A stretch of 44,495 nucleotides of DNA, the filler included, from Sphacelaria rigidula (lineage: Eukaryota): the NCBI GenBank assembly GCA_964200075.2. It is 2 parts of 2 records of this genome, joined end to end, with 100 filler letters (N's around TTAATTAATTAA, not from the genome) between each part and the next. Parts side by side here need not be neighbours in the genome. Positions count along the whole stretch, not along the records: positions 1 to 22,205 come from CAXNAA020000345.1; positions 22,306 to 44,495 come from CAXNAA020000346.1. One strand, written 5' to 3'. How positions within the stretch are numbered: the first letter of the stretch is position 1; each line of letters opens with the position of its first letter. The position numbers and the translations under genes were made by a program. The notes under the pieces were generated by a model. It saw only the letters and a list, made by a program, of their open reading frames with translations. It was not told the origin of the DNA and did not search any database. Of this stretch, positions 13,901-24,451 are shown piece after piece.

Positions 13901-16739
13901 AACCCTACTACTGCACCGTCGCTACTACCGGCATCACTTCATAGCACGGTTCGTCACTTTACTACGACATTTTGCAAGATCGACTCTGGAATGTGGAGCT
14001 ATGAACTCGGATACTAGTCAGTATTCATCTCCTACGTTGTACCGTTGTTTCCGTCTTGTTCTCCTTGATAGGCACCATTATCTCATGACCACGGCTGAAT
14101 CCCTGGGAAGCAAGAATTGTCCGACGATCAACCAATCAAATCAATCTACCAGACCATCGAATTTTTGGACTGAAAGCAAGCTTGAATGAGGACCTCGTTC
14201 GAGTCGCTGTTCGAGCCTCTGCCCCCCTTCACCATCTCCGTACCCTGCCAGCTTGTTCGCCTCCCGATCTTGTGTCCCTGCTCCTTTCTCCGCCCCGTGT
14301 TGCGTGTTACCCCCCCTTTTATCGTTTTCTCTACTGGCTATATAGTCGGTGGTGCCGGCTTCTCTGTCGTTCCGAGCCCACTCTCTTGCTGTTCTGTTGT
14401 GCTCGCTGTCATTCCCGTGATTATCGCCGGCTGTGCGGGTATCAGATACATGGTTGGTGTGCTTGAGAGAGCCGTGCAGAACCGCAGCGGCGTTGTGTAG
14501 CGCGGCCTTTCCAATATGGACACCTTGAAAGTGCTGGAAGGCCGCTTCGTCGTAGTCCTTCAGCGCTCCCACGAAGTCTTTCAGGCGTCTGGTACATTCA
14601 TTGTTTTTGCACGGTTACCCCCCGTTTTTCCCCCAGGGTATCGTGAGTATGACTATCGTGTACACATGATGGATATATTCGGGGCGTGTCTTAGTAGTAT
14701 TTGCGCGTTGCTTCGTTGTCACAAGAAATAACATGTGAGCCAAGGGGGGGCCGGGGCGACATTTTCAGCATCAATATCCCCAAAGCCTTCGAATAGAGGG
14801 GGGGAAGGCGGACGAGGAGAAAGGGTGCTACGCATGTTATCACGTTATCCTCCACGATATCGCAGTTGCACCAACTTATTGTCCAGAAAATAGGAAAGGA
14901 AAATATATCTGGAGAAATCCATAGCTGGCTTGGCAGCAGCCGTGAGAACTCCGAAGTCTGCCCGGAAAGGAGAGTGTTTCTACGCGCCACCTGGACTGTA
15001 AAAAAATCATACTCTGGGCTGGAATTAATCGCAAGGCTCCATGTTGAACCCGAAAAAATCTATCAGGGGGAGAGTTGGGAGAGGGGGATATGGCTAATTA
15101 CATATCTCAAGATAGAAACTCCCCCCCATGCTTTATTGCACAAGGAAATATAGAAGCGTCAAAAGAAATGCAGTACACAACGCATTGGTGTTTTTTTCAA
15201 ACAAATAGAGCCGCTACGCCCGGTAGTCTATTGGTACAACTGCCACCATTAGGTTTGGCAAAGAAAGGGTTTTGATCCCCGCCAGATGGGCCTAGTTAGC
15301 TCTTCTTTGCTCAGAAGTATCTGATTCCCGTTGTTAAAAGGGTGAGTCTGTGAGTAGCAAACAAAAGTCTGCTTCACTGAATTTGTGATACTGTACCGTG
15401 TTCAAAGGGTTACGGGAGTGCTCATCCTATCCGCGATTCCAAAATGTAGAGCGAGATATAGTTTTTTTCATCCCTCGAGACCACGGGCTGGTCCCGAGGA
15501 CGGGGAAGGGTTGAAAGTGACACGAAAAAACAAAATACAGAGAGCACCGCTACGTCAACGCAAAGGCAAGTGGACCAACAGAATACTACAACGTACTGTT
15601 ACACATTTCAGCGATCGAGAAGCAGTTCTTTCTTCGTTCTTCAGACGGTGGTGCTGTGTACAACGGATGCTTCCCGCGCAGTTTTCTTTGTTCCTCCGGA
15701 AAAAGGGTTAGGAGCAGGACACATTGCTCTATCCAAGGCAAATCACCACGTGAAATGTTCCTGAACATTTGTTGTGATCGCCGGCAATCGAGTACAATCA
15801 TCACCGCCGCTCGATCAGCGTACACGCCGTGCTTCTTGTAACGACGACGATACATACGCATGAGAGCTGACCGTTGTCAAACCTTAACCGAAGGTTGCCA
15901 CATTCTTGATTTCCTTCTTTCTTATTGTCTCGAATACCCGCATGCGATCGGTGTGACTGACTCACCGTTTGCACCCGGCCCTGACCACGGGCACCTTCAC
16001 GTCCTCCGGGATGACGTCAGCTACCTTATCTAGGAGCTGGACACGTGTGCAACAATATACAACCGACGCAGACAGGATATGTTGCGTAGAACGAGGGCTA
16101 GCGAGATACACCACCGGCTGCAGTGATCCGCACCAGGGAAGTCAGTCTGATCTAACACAGACCAGAAAATCCCAACAGCGGTCAAAAGACACTTTTGAAA
16201 CACGCGTTCCTTAGCCTAGTGTTGTTTTTTGTCACAGGTTCGACCCCTCCCCCTCCTGGGATGCGTCCGTGGTCTGGAGGTATCAATCCATCTCTCCCCC
16301 GGTACACGCCTTGCATTTTGGTCCTGCGGATTGAATCATCGGTTCCACACCGCACCAAGTCTCGTCAAACCAACCCAGTCGAATGAACTCATCAGCTACT
16401 CACGTCCGCAAGCTTCCGACGACAAAAATCAAGTGCTGTGGCAAGAGAAATCAAACTAGACGTATCCGGCGGGAACCAGGGCTGCATTCTTTCCACCGCA
16501 ATGGTGCCAGAAATACAGTATTATTAAACCGTTGGGGCTTCAGCCCATGCTATCCTGTTATTTTCTAGTGCAATGCGTGAACAGTTTTTTACAAGGGCAG
16601 CATTGTCTTGCGGGTAGTTACTCGTCCGCGTGCCCCTGAAGCGGAGAATGGACAGATTTTGGGTCCCCTCAGTTTTTTCGTAAATTATTATTATTACTAT
16701 TATTACTATTACTATTACTATTATTATTACTACTACTAT

Positions 16740-16783
<44 letters not shown>

Positions 16784-19700
16784 TTACTATCAGTATTATT
16801 ACTATCAGTATTATTACTGTTGTGTTCGTCACATTAGCTTGGTCTCTCGAACCCGAGGTCAATAATATGTATAAATAAATATACCTAGCAACGTTTGGGG
16901 AGGTTGTTCTGCATGGATCGATGTGCTATTCACGCCTAGGAAGGTGTTCCGAAGTAGGAGTTCAATATGACAATGTTTGTGGAGCCATCGCAATCTGAAT
17001 TCATGAAGTAGCATTCGAGAATAATGTTCCATCGAACATGTGAGCTATCCATCGCACACTGCACGCTGCAGAAATCGAAAATCCCTAGTGACACCGACAC
17101 GTCGATAGCTCGACCAGCAGCAGAAGCTTCTTCTCCTGAGTCGTGATGAATATACATATGCTCTTTTATAACGGTGTTGCAAGTGGCACTTGTCCGAAAC
17201 TGTCTTCCCGAAAAAACAGCACCTTGACGGCTGCCCTGTCGTCACCAGCATCAGCCGTAGCAGTTGCCTTGGCAAAGAGTTCTTCCGCGGCTCCAAGGCA
17301 ACGCTTGTGATAAATCACAACCTCTGGGTGATCGGGGCACAACTCTCTCGCCTTGGACATGTCCGCGTTTCCGTGTACAACCTTTGCGCCGAACATACGT
17401 TTATGTGGCCAAGTGTCGCACGCAATGGAGGGGGGGGGGAGGGGGGGGCAGACCACGCGGCGGGGTTACCCACCAACACTGTTCCAACAAGTGAGGGAAA
17501 ACCTGGCAACAAGAGCAGGAATAGTGTTCTAGGGCATGACCAAGTTCATAAGCTATCGTGTACACACCCTTTTTGACGAAAAGGGGCAGCAGCAATGTTT
17601 CCCTCGATTCGCTAACTACGAGCGTTCGATGCCCTAGCGGAGGGGGAGGGGGGGGGGGGCGTGAAGGACAGCAGGCAACATTTCATGCATCAAAACGAGA
17701 ATCGAGGAGTGGGGTATGTGGAAATATTTCGAAGACTACGGCCATTTGAAGAAACGGATCGGCTACCACTTATTCTCGAAAGTTCGCACGGAGCGCCTGA
17801 GCATGCGCATGCTGCGGAGCACAATACTATATAAACCTACACCAGCGCGCGTGAGGGGAAAAGGAGGGGATACAGGCGAGCACTGCGAGTGTACAGCATG
17901 TTATTCTGTGGTTACCGTCGCCTGTGTCTGGAACTTTCTCACGCCGATGCAGCATACGCCGCAGCGGGGGTAGCCGAGAATCACACGCGTTACGAATGTA
18001 CTTAAATCAGTTACATCAATCTAGCTGGTGCGGGGACGATGTCGATTACTTCTCAGGGCTTGCTGCACGGCGCCAATGACTTTTTCTTGCGCTAAACGGG
18101 CGTTGCCCTGCTTGGAAGGAACCCGTATAGCTTAGCAGATAAATGCAGGGCCGACGAATGAAGCGAGGGTCCGCCAATGTCGCTATGCACCGCTCTGTCT
18201 TCGCGTCAGGGCCCCCAACATTTTTACACGTAGGGCAAAAGAATTCGCCGGCGACACGTTACAGAACTGGACCTCTCTTCGGTTTTATTATTCACAAACT
18301 TTGCCTTGATTTTCCGCGATTTTTTTTCATTCTCGTTAGTCGTATTTCAGCGGGAAAAAGCAAAACAGAGGTACAGTTGTGAGTGTGTCGGCGAGTCTGT
18401 TGCAAACCGCGTGTCAAACGTTCGGGTCTCAACTCGAAAAATTGAGCGTTGCGTGGCGATGTTTGCAATATTCGCACCAAGATCGCTCTGCATACAAACG
18501 TACATACGATATAGGGTTTTAGGATACCGGCTACAGCTTTTGAACAACGATGAATCAAGCCATGAGAGACCTTAACCGCGTTTTTCCTCGTCTCGAGAGC
18601 TGCACGCTTACACAGTATATGGGAATTCGGAACAAAAAATATCATCGGGATTTTCAAAAGAGCCATCACTTTCACGATACCAACAGGGTGGATTCCTGAG
18701 TTAGATGGCTCCGCGTGACAACGTCAGCTAGCCCAGTATAACGACGTGCCCAGCTTGCCCTTACGCGGTGCCGTTCAGAATATATGACATTCTGACACAA
18801 TAGGGGTTTGTTGCTCGGCCCAACTTGTATCTCCAGGCAGAAGTGTACCAGTAGAGTATGATGAAGTAACTAAATTTTTCGGTGTACTCATGATCATGCA
18901 TGCCATAGTCATGAGACCGTTGACCTCGCATCCCTACAAAGATGGGAGGGAGCACGCCGGGTTTTTGCCGGACCAGGCTCGCTCAATTTCCCGGTGGGGG
19001 AATGTGAGAAGTATCCCCAATCGTGATATACAAACGATCCTCACCATTCCCAGGGCCCAGCGTATCTTGGCCCTGAGTATGTAGTCATCCACCGTGCCCC
19101 GCCTGCATCCCAGCACGCTCTCAACGGAGCTAATGGCTTCTACGAATCGCGACATCTGCAAAAAAACAAAGAAAAAACAGGCGTAAGGGGGACAGCAATT
19201 GGAGGCGCTGCTTTCGAATATTCCGTGGCTTGATAGATAGCCCAGCCAGCTCAGCGGGGGCGATCTGCAATCGCTCCGGCTTTTCTCGCGCGCGCTTTTC
19301 GTTATACGGGCATGCCTTGTCAAAGGAAACGGTTTTCTACTGTGGGCGTTCTGGAACAGAAATGCTGTGGTCGGCTTTGAGTTCACATGTGACCTTGTGT
19401 GTAGTCCGCATACTGTACTGTCGTTGGACAATGAGGATGTCTCTCCGGGTAACTGACGATTTCCCAGCTGCTTGGCGGACACACAAGCTAATCAGTACGC
19501 GTCTGCGGTAACCGCAATGAGGACAAACCTCTCGCACACAACAATCGGCTACTGTCAATTTTTTCAAAATTCAGCCAGAGACTGAAATGTAGAATACTGA
19601 TATCTCTAAAAAAACCTGGAGCGCGCCCTCGTACCTTAACCAATACGAGGATGTTTCTCCGGGTAACTGACGATTTCCCAGCTGCTGGGCGGACACAGAA

Positions 19701-21781
19701 GCTCGTCAGTACGCGTCTGCGGTAACCGCAATGAGGACAAACCTCTCGCACACAACAATCGGCTGCTCTCAATTTTTTTTAAACTCAGCCAGAGACTGAA
19801 ATGTAGAATACTGATATCTCTAAAAAAACTGGAGCGCGCCTTCGTACCTTAACCAATGCCACGGTGCGGCAGAAATGTACAGACGGGTTTGCGCCGTCCA
19901 CGGTACATGCTTCCTCGAAGCACGTAAGGGCCTTTTCGTCCTCGCCCGCATCCAGCCAAACCATTCCCTGTATTGGTTGGTCGTATCGCAAAAAATCCAT
20001 CCCAAGGAAGGGATGTTCTATTTTCAGGAAACCTGGTGCACTGCACGATAATAGGCGTGGACCCAGCCCGACAAGATAAGCATTTCTTGGTCGAATTCAA
20101 CTGTTCTCCTCGAGCAGTTACTGTGGAAGATGACAATGTAAAGCATTCCTGCGGTGATCATTTTTTAGCCTCGTTTTTTCCTCGCCTTCCCTCGATAACT
20201 GCGGCTATCACGCCGCAAAATATATGTGTCGTAGAAACGATCCAGTCGAGATATGTTGATGTACAAGGTCTCTACTGAGCTTCTCGGCCGAAGTACTCGG
20301 GATGATCGGCAATATCCTCACGATGGGAGCTTTATACTCCGGTCGAAAAAAGGCACAACGATGTTCTTTTGATACTGAGGCGACTTCCCTAGCTGTTATT
20401 ATGCTGTGGAAGGGTGAACGCTTATGCTGGTTTCCTCGATGTTCCTGCGCTGCGCAGGAAATTGTCCTTCTTGTGCTTGCTTCCCGACCATCCTCGAAAC
20501 TATCCATGCTGTCCCACAACCACGTGTGTGATCTCCGATGGACACACAGATATATCCGGAAATAATCAAATCACGTCATGACGACGACGACGACGACGAC
20601 GACGACCCATACCCGATCCTTCGCGCAGTACAGCGTCAATCTGAAGGCGTGAAAACAAGCTGGGCGGCTCTCCAGCGATACAACTTGACTTCGCAAAATG
20701 GATCGTTGTTACGTGCAACATGTGGCCGCTAGATTCTGCGGTGCGGGTGGGTACAAATACCCTCGAAAACCCTTCGAACAAATCCGTTTCAAAGCATGAT
20801 TTGCTTGCATCGAGCGGGTGAAACATTTTTCACATCACATGCTACCAAAACGTATGGAGCCTCGCTCCTGTCGTACACACGCTGACCGAAAACGCTGGGG
20901 TGACGAGCAAGGAACACGACGCGCGATGTTCCTTTATCTGGTGCGGTACCTACTGTCTGGGTGCGTTACTTCAATCAAAAAACAAATCCTAGTTTATACA
21001 AAGGAAAACGGTATGAGATTTTTGGGTAAGATGCACGCGCCTGGCTCTGTAGAACTTCTGCCAGCCTCTGGCGCACGGGAAGCGCGGATTTGTCCATTCT
21101 CACTGCCAGCCGCAAACACCCCACCGCAGTTCGAAAATCCTGTACACATAGATATACGTTCGTTATGCGTGAAGAGTGGGGGTGGGGGTGAGGGTGGGGG
21201 AAACGGGAATTGACGACTGGGACGCACCAAGATTTTCTAACCATGTTCTGCGCACTTTGAGAAAACAAGCGGGGATGTGGTATTCATTGGAATATGGCCA
21301 TGTCACATTGGTAGATGTTCACACGAAAGAGTAACATTGACATTTTGTTCATATCGTGTAGGAACAGTATTGTGGAGATCTGTCTTACACGCGAGCTGTG
21401 TCGGCACTCAAGCATATTCCCATTTTTGTCATGATTGGTTGGTCATCTCACATTGGCCCGGTTTATCAGACCTGCAGTCGAAGGGAGTACATGCAGACGC
21501 GTGTCACCAGCATATAGTGAAAAGAGACACTACGCAAATAGAAAGTAACGTCGAGTCAGGGAACATAAGGGGGGGAAACAAGCTGAAATGTGTACAGCGA
21601 AAACTCAAGGTAAGGCAAACTACCGTCAGGATGTCGCGGGGTGTTACAATACCCTACGCAGGAGATATTTCGGCGGTACCTGTAAGCGACGATGTATTTC
21701 TCCCCGCATGGCATACAGACCCTTATGATTTGGACACGCGAACAACGCGCGCTTGAGAGAGCCCGACAAGCCTTCCAGCTC
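5428..21781 (-). CDS. TTC16: TPR-repeat protein, TTC16-like (multi-exon; 5' end not resolved before the linker)
   Basis: Phase-consistent exons: 21680-21781, 21041-21139, 19848-19967, 19045-19155, 17223-17381, 15966-16036, 14150-14588, 13693-13833, 11380-11796, 9898-9989, 9340-9463, 8303-8380, 7566-7710; less certain 6251-6525 and 5428-5991. Motifs LYAMRGEIHRRLQ|DFRTAV, RLAEVLQSQ|GMVW, DDYILRAKI, CPDHPEV, RRLKDFVGALKDY, RQRCLVLNDWA, LNR|GDCHR...ADYKRALEVEP and YYTSRGQALY follow the order recalled for animal TTC16. Confidence 0.8.
10949..10986. repeat. (GTT)n microsatellite, intronic
   Basis: About 12 perfect GTT units, directly visible. Confidence 0.95.
11222..11287 (-). mobile_element. Severely 5'-truncated LINE family A insertion with target-site duplication
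   Basis: Reverse complement reads GCTCCATCTCGAAAGGGATGCGTGGTCAATGGTCAAACGACTAAGGCAAGCAACAAATGAGTACG. It is flanked on both sides by AGAGGGAGGGGGGGG (11205-11219 and 11288-11302). Confidence 0.75.
12059..12242. repeat. Interspersed repeat family C, copy 2
   Basis: Similar to 3661-3838. Confidence 0.7.
12378..12498 (+). mobile_element. Repeat family B (probable LINE 3' end), copy 2
   Basis: Aligns with 22310-22430 and 3556-3642; followed by a C-rich tract. Confidence 0.75.
16685..16817. repeat. Compound (TAT/TAC)n microsatellite, intronic
   Basis: About 130 bp of mixed TAT/TAC units; it produces the spurious poly-Y and poly-V/I ORFs. Confidence 0.95.
18882..18987 (-). mobile_element. Repeat family B (probable LINE 3' end), copy 3
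   Basis: Reverse complement aligns with 22330-22430. Confidence 0.75.
19433..19857. repeat. Tandem duplication, 2 x ~213 bp, including a TTC16 splice donor
   Basis: 19433-19646 and 19647-19857 are nearly identical (GAGGATGT-TCTCCGGGTAACTGACG...CGTACCTTAACCAAT). Confidence 0.95.
20580..20606. repeat. (GAC)9 microsatellite, intronic
   Basis: Directly visible. Confidence 0.9.
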
Positions 21782-22055
21782 CTAAACACACGGATAAGTC
21801 GGATTCGAGGGGAGGGCTCAGGATGATGGTCAACAGAACTGACATCGTTGATTCAGGTTGGTAGCATGCCACCCATAAACGTTACCTGGCACATGTGCTC
21901 TTCAATTCCTCTCGGGCGGTGAGTACATCATTTTCATTTTAGGTCCGAAGAAGAAAGGGTTGGAACTTTATTCGACCCACCATTTAAGTTGCATCTTGTT
22001 TCTGCAAGCTCGTGCATTGTACGTTATGTGACCCCCCCCCCCCCGCGCGCGCCCC

Positions 22056-22123
22056 GTGCTCCTTCTCGAAAGGGATGCGTGGTCAATGGTCAAACGGCAA
22101 AGGTAAGCAACAAATGAGTACGC
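22056..22123 (+). mobile_element. LINE family A 3' end in a C-rich tract at the contig edge
   Basis: GTGCTCCTTCTCGAAAGGGATGCGTGGTCAATGGTCAAACGGCAAAGGTAAGCAACAAATGAGTACG, nearly identical to the reverse complement of 11222-11287. Confidence 0.75.
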
Positions 22124-22205
22124 CGCCGCCCTCCCCCCCCCCCCCCGCCCCCGCGCCCGGCCCACCGCCAACCACGTGCGCTCCGCCCGCGCGGGGTGCG
22201 GCGGC

Positions 22206-22305
22206 NNNNNNNNNNNNNNNNNNNNNNNNNNNNNNNNNNNNNNNNNNNNTTAATTAATTAANNNNNNNNNNNNNNNNNNNNNNNNNNNNNNNNNNNNNNN
22301 NNNNN
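22206..22305. other. Artificial assembly linker / scaffold junction
   Basis: Exactly 44 N + TTAATTAATTAA (22250-22261; palindromic, stops in all six frames) + 44 N = 100 bp. Confidence 0.95.
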
Positions 22306-22309
22306 CGAC

Positions 22310-22430
22310 GCTTCGCGCTTGGTGATCGAGTGCAAGCCTGGTCCGGCGAAAAGCCGGCGTGCTCCGTCCCGGCATTGTAGGGATGCGAGGTCAACGGTCT
22401 TATGACTATGGCATGCATGATCATGAGCAC
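22310..22430 (+). mobile_element. Repeat family B (probable LINE 3' end), copy 4, at the contig edge
   Basis: Aligns with 12378-12498; followed by CACACA and a C-rich tract. Confidence 0.75.
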
Positions 22431-22467
22431 ACACACACACCCTTCCCCCCGCCCCGCACCAACGCAC

Positions 22468-24122
22468 CTGTGTCCGGGTGAGTAAGTTATCGCAGATGAG
22501 GATGCACAGCGCGCACCCGACTTTGAAGTGGTCGTTCCTTGTGAAAATCCGATGGAACTTTTGAGCTACATTTTCCAGGATGTCATCCTCGTCCTAGGTA
22601 TTGTGACGTAAAACAAGAGAGCCAAAGGGGCGACAAAATAAAGTAAGGACGGCTGCTGCAGCACTGCTGTGTTACTCACTGTTGAACATACAGCGGACGA
22701 AACGTTCGCATTGGATCTATCTCATGGTCGGGCCAAATATGTGGGCTGTGATAAGGCTTCGACTGTACTGTACTGTTATGGATGCGCATCGCTCACAAAT
22801 CATACAGGAATTTTCTTCAAAAAGGTGTGCCGGTTCTTCCTGATGGAAAAAATAAAACTAGCCAATCAGGAACAGAGGATCCATCCGGTCCGTTCGACGG
22901 GAACCCCAGAAGACGCACACTACAGTATTCCTTACAGTCGTACAGAGGATATATTGTCTTTCCCTTGCTCAAAAAAATAAATAAAAAAATAAATCAAGTG
23001 ACCAACCATCCATCCATCCATCCATCCATCCATCCAATTAATTAATAAACATGATTGCTGTATTGTTCATCTTCCAAGTCAAAATTAAAATTATGCCGAT
23101 ACAACAGAGGTGAACCGCACTGGGGGTGAGTATAGGTAGACAAAGCTAAACTACAAAATACATGAGGTACGACAGTTGTATTGTGTGTGTGTTGTAATCC
23201 CATCTATTCTGGACCCCAGTCTACACCTTTGGGTATATGTAGGCGCATCGCCCCGGGTCACGCAGGAGGAAGGCCAACACAGGATTTTTTTTTTTTCGTT
23301 ATCCACCTTCCTTTTGCGGTACTTGCCTTATTTTTTATCGTGAGAGGGGTTCAGCGATCCCTTTCTCTCGTCGACCGTACAGTCGAATTTACGAACTGTA
23401 CCCGTGGCCAATACTCGTACACTCGAGCAACCTACTCGAACACGCCTCACACCTGCTATGGACTACTTGAAGATAGTACAGACTTGTAGTACAGTCGGTA
23501 TAGTGCAAAGCAGTTTCTATGCCATTAGCTTCTACGCAGCAGACACTGATATTAAGTTGACGTCTGTCCGAATAACCTCATAATGATCACACTTGCAGGT
23601 GTGGCACATCTGCTTTAGGTTGGCTGGTCATTGGGGCAACGTCGGCGGATGATTTGCTTCGATGAATCGGTCTCCACGACAAGGGGGAGTCAGCGGAAAT
23701 GTCAAAGTGTACGCTTCGAACACGACTGATTGAATGCAGTCCTGGGGTGTGAGCACCCGGCGACGAAAATCATCAAAAGAGCACAGCAACGACTATACAC
23801 TACACAGTCAGGCGAATGAAACACGGCACTGTGCTGTCGTACAGGTCGGACAGCAGTGCGCAGTCACAAGCACTGCAGCAACTTACAGCCAAGAAGACCC
23901 TTCGGTACAGAGTGCGGTACTGTCTCCATTATACTGTTGTCCTGTATACATTGTCCGATGTAACTTACTGTAAAGTGGAAGTCTACAATACTGTACTAAT
24001 GTCAAGTAGAGAGGTCTCATCCTGTCCGGATTCACCCAGCCCAAGGTCCACAGTAGGTCTACAGCCAATCGGCTCACATTGAGAAGCTGTAGCAGTGGTG
24101 TCAACTCCTGAGCATCCAGCAT
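22468..24122 (-). CDS. CNOT11: CCR4-NOT transcription complex subunit 11, first two coding exons (rest cut off at the linker)
   Basis: Exon 24078-24122 MLDAQELTPLLQLLN|gtgagc; exon 22468-22593 cctag|DEDDILENVAQKFHRIFTRNDHFKVGCALCILICDNLLTRTQ|gtgcgt. This matches the recalled CNOT11 N-terminus ([28 protein letters not shown]). Confidence 0.8.
23181..23400. repeat. Interspersed repeat family D, copy 1 (in CNOT11 intron)
   Basis: Inverted homologue at 25495-25712: TGTGTTGT--TCCCAT-TATTCTGGAC-CCAGTCTACACCTT...CTTCCTT-TGC-GT-CTTGCCTT...CGTCGACC...GTCGAATT. Confidence 0.75.
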
Positions 24123-24451
24123 TTCCACCTAAGATAACGATAGCTCACGTTTGTACTGGCTGCCTGACACTTGACACTGGACGTGCTGCGTGACCCGCTC
24201 GATCGTGTTGTACCGCACGATCCGTTGGTCATGATTGATATGACAGGGTGGTAAACAACGTGATACTTCCAGCTGACCGTTGGTGATATATACCACCCGT
24301 CTTTACATCTCACGAGAAACATACGCGTGGAACTAGACCTCAACAAGTTGGCTTACTCCACGTGCTAGTCGATACTCCTTGCCGTACGGCCGTTCCATCC
24401 GACCTCTCGAACACGGCCAAACAAGTAAACATACAATAGGTGTGAGACGCA
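24123..24451. promoter_or_regulatory. Compact divergent (bidirectional) promoter / 5' UTR region between CNOT11 and CEP95
   Basis: Only 329 bp between the two oppositely oriented start codons; inferred from geometry, no motif identified. Confidence 0.55.

Noticed and set aside
16524..16865. Poly-Tyr and poly-Val/Ile ORFs
   Set aside because: Translations of the (TAT/TAC)n microsatellite.
22250..22261. Palindromic TTAATTAATTAA as a biological site
   Set aside because: It is centred in symmetric 44-N runs and is an assembly spacer.
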